In this document: positions 53,885-64,000 of the stretch, one piece after another
Layout of the letters: each line of letters begins with the position of its first letter
Position numbering within the stretch: the stretch's first letter is position 1
Notes under the pieces: generated by a model
Seen by the model: only the letters and a program-made list of their open reading frames with translations
The model's database searches: none
Told to the model about the DNA's origin: nothing
Position numbers and translations under genes: made by a program
Source: Azolla caroliniana
Taxonomy: Eukaryota > Plantae > Polypodiophyta
DNA length: 64,000 nucleotides
Assembly: GCA_043228905.1 (NCBI GenBank)
Contig: JBHGNT010000008.1
Coordinates: 21,142,001 to 21,206,000 of the forward strand
Direction: 5' to 3'

Positions 53885-54040
53885 CTGGATACATTGTATC
53901 GAGGTTGGGCCTCAACTCGATACATTGTATCGAGTTGAGGCACAAAGTGCACCAACTCGATACAATGTATCAAGTTTGTCCACATTCTAGAACAAACTTG
54001 ACACAATGTATCGAGTTCGACCTCGATACATTGTATCAAG
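53885..54040. repeat. Array of about 5 hairpin palindromes CTCGATACA(T/A)TGTATCGAG
   Basis: Includes a 33-bp palindrome GCCTCAACTCGATACA-t-TGTATCGAGTTGAGGC at 53909-53941. Confidence 0.9.
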
Positions 54041-54260
54041 ATTAACGACATAAACTCAAAAAACCACGACTTAAAACAAGAAAAGGCATTTTAAAACCTA
54101 ATAAAACATGTCTTTAAGTGTGTAAAATAGCCACTTATTGCCTCTAAAAGACTAGAATTCATCAAATCGTTGTCCAACTTAATAATTTTGGGATATATTA
54201 ACCACAAATACACTTGTCCCTTAGAGTTACATAGCAATGTCTTTTAAATTTTCATATTAG

Positions 54261-56885
54261 GTCCACGGAACATTAGAATGAACAACCTATCAAAAAAATC
54301 CGTCTCAAATATCAAAGCTCCCCTGGAGAGAACCTTAAACTCCCTCTCATCACATACACCCAAGAAGGCAAAAAACTATTATTTGACGATGAAGTTGGAA
54401 GGCAACCTTAATGAAGCATATTTTGTTATGAAAAAGTCGAAAGGCAACCTTCTAACGAGGTGAGTCAAATGAAAATGGGGGGGGCATCAGGAGGGAAAAC
54501 ATTAGTTGACAAGACATGACTGAATACGAGTGGGCAATGCAATATGTCGACTCAAATAAGAAGGTGGTCCTTTTAACATCTCAAAATAAGGGACACAGAC
54601 AACTAGAGAAAGAACGGCCCTTTGGATATGGTCGGATATTAAGATTAGACTATGAGGACCTCGACTCCTAGAATTTAATTCTTTTAGTAGATTGCTCAAA
54701 GGGGGTTCGAAAAATGTTCTTGTCCGAAGACCGGCTAGTAAAATATTCGTGTGGTCCTGAATCTTTCAAGGTTGCCATTGAAATTGCTAATAACGTGATA
54801 ACTACATTGTGGCCATACATTCAAGGCCATGTGTCATTAAAGGAGGCTTCTCCCTCTCTTGTAAAAGTAGCACCCAGAAGATCTGTCACACACTCTAGGC
54901 CTGTTAAGAAGAAAGTGACCAAAATGTCTGAATCAGAGTCCTCGAGTTAAACAGATGATGAAGACAATCAGACAACACTAGGGGCTGAGTTGTCATCCGG
55001 TGTCCTTTCAACCGAGCAAAACAAAATTAGAACAAAGAGGTAAAAGGTCAAATACAAAGAAATCAAAAATTGACCCTCAACTTGAATTAAAGTCAAATGT
55101 TGCCAAGAAAATTGAACTTACAATTGAGGAAGCAGCAAACGGTATGAAGTTGTCTCATTGGAGATCGATGCAAGGAATCAAGGATGAGCAACTTCTTGTG
55201 TCAGTTTTGTCACGAGTCATGGCAAAAGAGCTCAGCCTAGAAGAAATGGTCACTGAGTTCCACAAGTATTAGTTACAATTTTTCTTGTTGTATGCGATTT
55301 ATCATTATTTTATGTTTTAAGTGTTCTAAAGTTATATTTTGATTTTCCAGTCATAAGGTCTACATGAAAATTCAAGAGGTGATGATGAAGCAACTTGGTT
55401 GCTTATCTTGGAACCAAGTGACTGAAGACTACATGACAACGTCCTCCTACAAGGCATTGTCGGAATATTTTATTGCATTTAAAGATTGGGTTAGTATTTC
55501 TCTTTATTTAGTCTTATAAGTATAATTTATGGTAAAAGTATTAAGTATTGGTTCCAATGTTTGGTTGGTATTTGTAGAAACCTTGTCGAAGTAAGAAAGC
55601 CGGAGAAGTAAAAGATATACACGACTTCCCCACTTCTTTTCTTCCACACCTTGAAAGGGCACGTAAAGAAAAGGACCGACGGTTAATAAAAGCATACGAC
55701 CTTGAAGATGACGGCACTTTCAAGAAGTTTAGCCATGAAAAAGATATCACCCGCTATCTATATTATAATGTTTATTGCGGTGATGTGGCAAATATGATCT
55801 AGAAGTTGCCGAAGGAGTATACGCTTATGATCGCAAACATATCGTACGGCTTTCGTATGGCTGGATCATCATATGATGATGAACTGTTTAGGTTCAAACA
55901 ACTCCAGAAAATGGTTAAGGATTTCGTAGATTTGACCACAACATGCTTGTGGAGAATCATCGTGTTTCATTTGATGGATAAGGGATACTCTGTGGCTCAA
56001 GCCTTGAGAAGTCGTTGCCATGGAATGAATTGAGAACCTCGCTTGGTAAGATGTTTTACTCGACTTCTCCATTGTCTAATGTTTTGCTTTCCATTGATTC
56101 TATTACAATTGGTGTGCGCCTTTTGGTTTTTTAATTATGCTTGGCAGGATTAAGACCAACATCAATAGAGGACCAACGTTTCGTTTTGTGAATGCCATAG
56201 AATATATAATTGTTGGTTATTTCAATGAAATTAGAAAAACAAAGGATAAAGGAGCATTCAAACGAGGTTGGGGGTTCAAATCTGCTAGTTTATCCAGGAG
56301 TTACGAGTAAATTATGACAAGTCACCACAACATAACATGGCCTTCTCAACCCTTACTAGAAACCTCAACGTTTGATAATGCACCTTATCGAAATGTTTTC
56401 AAGCGAAGGTGATTGGATATGTGATCTATTCTCTAGCACGGGTACGTTTGTTTAACTATGTTGATTGTGATCCACCAAACTAAAATCTTCCCATGAGGCT
56501 AAGACATTCTTTTTTTTATTTGGTACTAGGTACTACATATGCATGTGATTTGAAACTCTTTCAAAACATTATGGCATTGGAGAAGGAAAAAGAGCACGTA
56601 AGCTTCACTAACATGAAGATTAAAGCATTATGGGAATGCTCGGATCAAGATGAGGAGGTTGGGGCAAAGCACATCGCAAATATTGAATGCTTCCAAACTG
56701 CCTCTCGTGAGCCTATTCCTCCATTGGCTGGTGAACCTGGGGAGCTTATAGAACTAGATGATGATCTTTTAGAGGGCCCCACATTAGCCAACCTAACTGT
56801 TGTAGATATCCATGCACAAGATTTGGATGAGAGTCCTAAAAAGGACGACGAGGAAAACAATGAAGACAACTTTATTGCCATGTAG
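54261..56885 (+). pseudogene. Intron-containing beta-class DNA amino-methyltransferase (N6_N4_Mtase-like) with an unknown N-terminal region and acidic tail
   Basis: Exons 54261-55265, 55351-55489, 55578-56045, 56148-56441 and 56530-56885 with GT-AG junctions. Motifs: VYCGDVANMI*KLPKEYTLMIANISYG (DPPY-type), WIKTN..EYIIVG, NPY*KPQRL, DWICDLFSSTG|TT, ALEKE. Contains stops and frameshifts. Confidence 0.85.
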
Positions 56886-58832
56886 AAATTTGTAATAGCC
56901 CGACATATCTCAAAACCATATAAAAACATTATTGTATAATTATTCTCGTTATAAGCATGTTGTATTTTTTTTTTATATAAGTTTCTTCCTTTTAATTGTT
57001 CCTATCTTTTACATTTTAATTGTAAGTTTCAGTGTAACTTGTCTAAAGTTTTATTTTAGAAGGAAGAACACATTTTGATTAGAGTGTCTACCTTATTCAT
57101 TTCAATGTTATAGTCTGCGAATATGATTCGTTGTTTGATACAGTTGCAGTGTTGTTAACGCATTTAAATGTAATTATTACGTGTTTGATACAATTGGATG
57201 TAGATTACGTTTACTTTAGGACACATCTTACTTTAATTGGAAGGATGATTCTTTCCACTGAGCGGACTAATACCCAAATGTTTATCAAAAACACACTGAA
57301 GAACATATAAAGGTAAAATTGTGGAACTGACCACAAGTTTAATCTAGGGACTCTAAACTGGTGGGATATAATTCCCATGGATTACACCCTCCAATAGAAA
57401 ATGGAATACAACAAAAATCAATTCAAAAGTTAGTACCTATAATGCACCACAATTCCTGAACCTAGTTATCAAATGTGTATACCATGTTGATATGTTGGAA
57501 TTTTACCACATTTTATATCTAGGCATAATTGACATACTTTCTTTTCCAAAAAGTTTCTTAATTTAATAGTGAATTAAGAAATTTTAACATGTCTCAAATA
57601 CCCAAACTTTTGATTGCGATTGTATTAATTGGATTTGGTCTATTAAATTCATTGACTTCAAAAATATTGTAGAGACTACATGTTTAATAGATTTCTACCA
57701 ACTTCTTCAATTAATCTCATTTGTGATGTTTCTACACTTAAAAACATTTGGCTCCTAGAGACATCAAACTTATAATTAATCATTCCACACTCTGTTTCAT
57801 TTCAACAACTTGTTGAATGTTATTAAAATTTGAGGATTTTATCTGATTTGAAGAACATGTGATACCGGTGTATCAAGTTATTGTATATAGCCTGAAATTG
57901 CATAATTGTAGAAGGAATCTAAAAGTGGAATGCATGATCCTTCCACTTCTAAACATGAACATGTTACCAAGGGCCTCAATGGAACTATCGACTTCCATGG
58001 ACCCTTTCTTGAATATCAGTACATAATGGCAATGTATCGCATCAAGTTGCAACACCACTTTATAAGTTGTTTTTGTATGTATAGGTTTGGTGTACATACA
58101 ATGTCTTTTATTCTATGTTGTAAGCCTTTGGGTTGATAACTTCAAGTTGTAGCCTTCAAACATTTTTAATACTATTGAAGAAAAAATTTCATGCCAAAAA
58201 TATTGTGATTTTGCAAGTTTTAAAGTAGCAAAACTCCTTGTATCATAGTATATTTTCATTTTCAATGCAATATATATCTTCTTGCTTAAAAACAATTAGG
58301 GTCACATAATTCATTATTTTCGCTTATGCATCCTTCATCACCGTCCTCGCTTAACATCATAGATAAAGGTGTCACTATTCACAAGAGTTCTCTCTCTAAC
58401 TCAGACTCTCCAACCCAATTTAGCCTTTCTCTCTAGGATGTCTTAGATAAAAACGAAATACAATATTAACAAATGAGCTACCAATACTTTTTAAATATAT
58501 CCCTTTAGTAAGCAAAACTTCTTAAAGTTCTGAAACATTCCAGAACCTACATACATGTTCAACTCTTAGCACAAAATTGTCTCTTGACATGGCATGATCT
58601 TGGCCATTGGTGTAGAAGTCATGCCTATATATAGAGGTGTCTCATTCTTGTGGAACTATTCCAACTCAACATCAATCTTGTCTTTTCTAGACATCTATGT
58701 GGATCGGATATGCGTGCGGAAACGTATGTGAGGACCTGTCGATTAAGCTCAGAATACAACACAGTAAGAATGGCAAGAGTATAGACACTAGATATGCACA
58801 TTCGAAGCTTTAATGGAAGCTCTATTATTGCA

Positions 58833-58881
<49 letters not shown>

Positions 58882-60470
58882 ACTCGATGTACAAGATGAT
58901 CAAGAGTCTGTTTCTTTACAATGTTAGGTTATTGCTTATATATTAAGCCCTAACTATTTGGACGAGTTCACACTAGGATACAAGGTGGAAGGAGTCGACC
59001 TTTTATGCCAACACACTCCCTCATGAAAGGACTACTCTTTCCTACATGTACATGTGTTTGTAAAAACCCCCGTAAGCCTAGATTACAAAACTAATTTATG
59101 TTACAAGTCGGTCGGCATATAGCTGAGTCGGCTGAGGTGAGGTCTGTGTCAAGCCTAGCCTGGCTCATTATCATGATTGATTCGGTCAACTCTTACCTTT
59201 TGCTCCTCGTTCGGCTTTCTTCTACTAGATTACTTGTCGTAGTCCCATTGTAGTCCTTAGTGCACGGAACCGTTGATCTGGGGGTGGCTTCGTCAGGCAA
59301 TCGGCAATGTTCACCTTGGTGTCGATCTTCCAAACTTTGAGCTTCTTCTCGGTTATGATCTCCCTAATGTGATGATACCGAATATGCTTCTTTTTTGCGT
59401 GATAGACGGGATTGTTGATGAGGTGAATTGCGCTCAGTGAGTCGCAATAGATGGTCGGTGCTTGTTGGTTAATTCCGCTTGTGTTTGAAAAATTAGCAGT
59501 CCGTCGGTGCAGCCAGATTGCTTCCTTCCCTGCCTCCGATGTTGCTATGTACTCGGCCTTTGTGGTCAACAGGGTTGTGCACTCTTGAAGTTTCGACCCC
59601 CATGATATCGCACCACCACCATAGGTGATGATCTAGCATGATGTTGACTTTCGATTGTTCGTATTTTCGGCATAGTCGGAGTTAGTGTAGCCTTCGACTT
59701 CGACTGAGGTTGCCAATCCGAAAGTTAGTTGTGTATCTTCGTCCCTCTCAAGTACCTAAAGATGTGCTTGACGACCTCCCAATTCTTTCGTCCTGGATTC
59801 GACATGTATCGGTTGATCACCCCTACATCATAGGCTAGGTCGGGTCAGATTGCCACCATTGCGTACATGATACTTCCTATGGCCGATGAGTAGGGCATCT
59901 TTCCATTAAGCACTTTCTCCTTGTCTGTTGAAGGAGAGTCTTTGTCCGATAGTCGGATCGACATCGGAAGCGGTGTTGGTGCTAGCTTTGCATTCTCCAT
60001 GTTGAAGCGCTTCTGCACCTTCCTGATATAATCGAACTGGGAGAGTCAGAGAGTCCTAGTCGTCTGATTTCGTTCGATCCTCATGCCTAGTATGTGACAG
60101 GCTTGTCCAAGTTCCTTCATCGCAAACTTGCCATGAAGGTTCCGCTTCAGCTTTCCAATCTCTGCTTGATTGCTTCCTACAATCAGCATGTCGTTGATGT
60201 ATAGGATCAGGTAAATCCTAGACTCGTCGGCCAATTGCCGAATGTACATGCATGGGTCGGAGTCTGATCGGGGTATCCAAGCTGCCTGATGTAGGAGTTG
60301 AACTTCTGGTACCACATCCTCGGCACTTGTTTCAAACCATAGAGACTTTTTTTCAGTCAACATACGAGGTGGTTGTTCTCCCCCGTCATCTTGAAGCCTG
60401 TGAGTTGAGACATGTTAATGCCTTCTTCCAAATCTTCGTGTAGGAATGCCATCTTTACGTCCATCTGCTC

Positions 60471-61297
60471 TGACGCGAACTTGTCGTTCCTTATGTGCAA
60501 GACTTGGCCACAACCGAGATTCTTTTCATACACAGAAAATGGGAAATAAAACACGACACTAAGAAGAGAAATGGTACCCAAGAGGTTATCGTGGAAAACC
60601 CCAAACTAGGGGAAAAAACCACGGTAGCCCACAGGCTGCAAACTGTCACTATGTAGGAATATACAACAGTGAGTTCACTGAGGCACCGACCTCGTGCTCA
60701 CAAATCTTCGCCACAGGCGGCGGTTACAACAGAGGCAACGACCTCGTTCCCTCTCTCTCTCTCTGTATAGTTACGCGCTCTCTCTTCTTCTTGCACCAAC
60801 AAGGAAGAACGACCACAACAAAAAGTTTTCCCTAAGTCATATTTATACTAATATGACTTTTCGGCTATTTACAAATATAGCCTCGATGGGCTCTCAAAAA
60901 CATATTTACGAATATGTCTCTTCCTCCAGTTCTCACCGGTTCTGTACCATCCGGCTCTCCGTAGCCGGGTACTCCTCATCCGGTTCACACCAGGCCTGCA
61001 CCATCCGGCTCTCCGTAGCCGGGTACTCCTCATCCGGTCTTCACCGGGCCTGCACCATCCGGCTCTCCGTAGCCGGGTACTCCTCATCCGGTCTTCACCG
61101 GGCCTGCACCATCCAGCTCTCCGTAGCCGGGTACTCCTCATCCGGTTCGCACCGGGCCTGCACCATCCGGCTCTCCGTAGCCGGGTACTCCTCATCTGGT
61201 CTTCACCGGGTCTGTATCATCCGGCTCTCCGTAGCCGGGTTCTCCTCATACCGTTTCGGAGTCTCCCTTCCCATCCGGAGGGACCTGTCTCCCAACA
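60471..61297. mobile_element. Solo LTR with TSD TGCTC, containing a 6-copy 54-bp tandem repeat
   Basis: TG..CA ends with TGCTC on both sides. CCATCCGGCTCTCCGTAGCCG recurs every 54 bp from 60947 to 61217. Confidence 0.92.
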
Positions 61298-62065
61298 TGC
61301 TCAACCTCTAGATCTTCCGTTGCCACAACTCCTAGTAAGAGTCAAAGGGTGGTCATCTTGACTACTAGTGAGAATATTTTCTCGTATTCAATCCCATGTT
61401 CTTGTTTGAATCCTTTTGTGACAAGCCGAGCTTTGTACTTGGGTTTCTTTGAGTTAGATACATATTTGTATTGGAAAACCCATTTGCAAGGTAGTGGCTT
61501 TCTTCCAGCTGGTAGTTCAACCAACTCCCATGTCTGATTCCTGTGAATCAAGTCCATTTTGGATTTCATGGCTTGTAGCCATGTATCGGTGTCTGGTGCG
61601 GCCATAGCTTCTTCATATGTGCTAGGTTTGCCTACATCAGTGTAATGGATGTAGTTGAGGCCCGATTGATAGAACTCTGTCGGCCTTCGAGCTCGTCCAA
61701 ATCTCCTAGGTACCGAAAGGAGTGGTTCAGATCCTTCAATTGGTTTTGTTAGTCGATCGGCATTTGTTGAACCAGTTGTGTGAGGAGTCTTGTTGCATGA
61801 CCCGCCCCCATGTTGGGAGTTTAGTTGTGTCGTGTCGTTCTCCCTTGGGTACTCGATCGACTCAGATTTGTTTATCCCTTGAGTCGTATCTGGTGTTTCG
61901 GTCGATTGGACTCTATCGCTTTTGCCTCAATTATTTCTGACTTTGTCTTCGAGCTCGACTCTTGGACCTGTTGTCAATTCTGAGTCAGCATATTGTCGGC
62001 TTGTTCGAGTTCGACTCTTTGTCAAGTCTTTGAGTCAGCCCGGTCAGTCGGTCCTTCTACGACAA

Positions 62066-62531
62066 TGTTACCGATACGGAACACTGTCTATCTTCAGTCC
62101 TTCGAGATAGACCTCAAGGTGATTGCGTGACAAGGTATGTCGTTACATGAGGCCTGAGTCGTACTCCGTTGGTTGTGTAATAATGCGTATCTATGGGTGA
62201 AGGTTCACGGCTACGACTGAGAACCTAAGTGCACTACTACGCTGCCTCTTACCCTACGCTTTCAAAAACGCACTTACGAATAGTATAGAGATTACACAAG
62301 ACAACACAGGTTGCACAGACACAGAAAATCAGAGAAGATAAGATCCTATTAGAAAAGAAAGAACCTCGCGCTTAAAAATTATACGCTACCTCTTACAGAG
62401 GATTTCTTCCCTTTATATACACAGGGCGTTTAGCCATTCACGCTTCTCGCATGAACCGTCACATTTCTTTTCTTAACGCTTCTAATCTAATTACGCATTT
62501 TGTCCAACGGTTACAATTCCGGCGGACAACA
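62066..62531. mobile_element. Solo LTR (Gypsy-type) with TSD gacaa/gacag
   Basis: TGTTACCG...AACA ends; it interrupts the Copia integrase. Confidence 0.75.
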
Positions 62532-64000
62532 GACAGCTCTGTCGTCTTCGAAGGGTACCTTTTTACCGACTATTTTCTGTTGGTTCCACTGAGAGAAGAT
62601 AGAGTCTTCATTGAAGACTACGTCACTGCTCTGGATTAGTTTCTTGTTCTCAGGGTCCCATATCCGGTAGCCGAAGTCCCCATCAATTCCATACCCGAGA
62701 AATATGCACTTTGTTCCATGGGGCGATAACTTGGTCCTTTTCTCCCTAGGGATGAGCGTGTACGCTTCACATCCGAATATATGGAGCCTATCATAGGTCG
62801 GTTGTTTGCCAGACCATAGTGCCTATGGCACTTCAAGCCTGATTGCTTTCGACGGAGAAAGATTTACCATGTATACTACCATCTGCAATGCCTCGGCCCA
62901 GAACTCCAGCTTTAGTCCGGTTTGCTGGAGCATTGTCGTCACCCTCTCTTGGATCATTTGGTTGATCCATTCTGCCACTCCATTCTACATGGGTGTATAA
63001 GGAACGATATTTTGATGTTGGATCCCTTTGTTGGACAGGTACTGTTTGAAGGCTCTGGAGGTATATTCTCCTCCGTTGTCAGATCGGAGTGTCTTCACTC
63101 TGTGTCCCGATTGGTTCTCCGCTTCAGATATCCACCGAGTGAAGACCTCGCGCACTTCATCTTTGAACCTAATTGAGTAGGCCCAAACCTTCCATGTACA
63201 GTCATCTACAAATGTGATGAAGCATCGGGAGCCTCTTAGTGATCGCTCTGGCATGGGCCCACATATATCTGTGTACACGACGAGCTCTAGGGGCTGTCGT
63301 ACCGTCTCATAGTGGAGAGAGTGCGGACTTTGAGTCTGTTTCCCTTATCGACAATGCTCGTAGAAGTCCGTCTTTGCTTGGAGTTTAGGGATGTAGTCGA
63401 CCGACATCAGCCAATCGAGTCTGACTTGAGACATATGGACGAGTCGGCCATGCCATAAGTTTAGGTCGGTCTTTTCAACTACGTTCACGGCCCCGTCTAG
63501 ATTTATTGCCATAATTGGGTACAAGTTATTGTACTTGTGCCTGCTTCCAATTTTCAGATTTCCACGGATGATCATCCATGTTGACTCACTTAGAGTCGTT
63601 TTGTACCCGTCTTCGGTTAGCATGCCGATGGAGGCCAGACTCCTTTTTCAGATCAGGTACATGTTGGACTTAGTGTAGGGTGATCATGTTTCCATTGGGC
63701 AATCGGATGGGAACCTCTCCAGTTCCTGCGATTCTGCACTCTTGTCCGTTGCCTAGTCGGACGGTGCAAATGGCGTCGGTTGAATAGTTCAAAAATCATT
63801 CAATACTAGGGGTCATGTGGAATGTGGCACCAGAATACAGTAGCCACGTGTGTGCATCCTATGCATTGTAGAGGACTTCTCCGATCATCGTGTCTTCTAA
63901 GGAAAGGATTTCTCCTGATCGGGTGTCAGAAACATTGATTTGGTTGCTAATAGGAGAGTGGTCTGAGTCGGGTCATCCTTGATTCCACTCAAATCGCCGA

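Larger units (their letters stand above)
58650..64000 (-). mobile_element. Degenerate Copia (3' LTR ending ~59013, RNase H, RT, integrase, protease) carrying two solo LTRs
   Basis: IYCDSLSAI/ADCLTK, LYINDML, CKWVF/KARLV, LRSDNGGEY, and WLLYSGATFHM near 63840. The left LTR boundary is uncertain. Confidence 0.85.

Noticed and set aside
54261-56885. Bacterial contamination as the source of the methyltransferase
   Set aside because: The gene has four spliceosomal-type introns, a second copy shares an intron position, and both copies are interleaved with plant LTR elements.
60694-61311. 205-aa repeat protein
   Set aside because: Translation of the 54-bp LTR tandem repeat, which stays in frame because 54 is a multiple of 3.

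Overview
Transposon-dense land-plant genomic DNA. The repeat content and intron style suggest a fern or other non-seed plant; this is an inference. There is one clear host gene, a single QALGGH C2H2 zinc finger with two EAR motifs (21049-21939). Around it lie nested Copia, Gypsy/chromovirus and LINE relics plus five solo LTRs with target-site duplications (TSDs). Main observations: (1) Two separate, intron-containing copies (54261-56885 +, 39675-40167 -) of a prokaryote-like beta-class N6-adenine/N4-cytosine DNA methyltransferase, so probably a mobile multi-copy family; the longer copy sits next to a palindrome array. (2) A 16-kb Sola2-like DNA transposon (207-16210) with 25-bp terminal inverted repeats (TIRs), a decayed 4-bp TSD and a DDD transposase. 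It also carries a convergent spliced ORF2 ending in an FCP1/SCP-like HAD domain, a RING-H2-like exon, and introns filled with arrays of the palindrome TAGCTAATTAGCTA. (3) Chromovirus-type LTRs that combine heat-shock-element arrays with a tRNA-like A/B-box segment. All family calls come from motif recognition by eye; no database searches were run.
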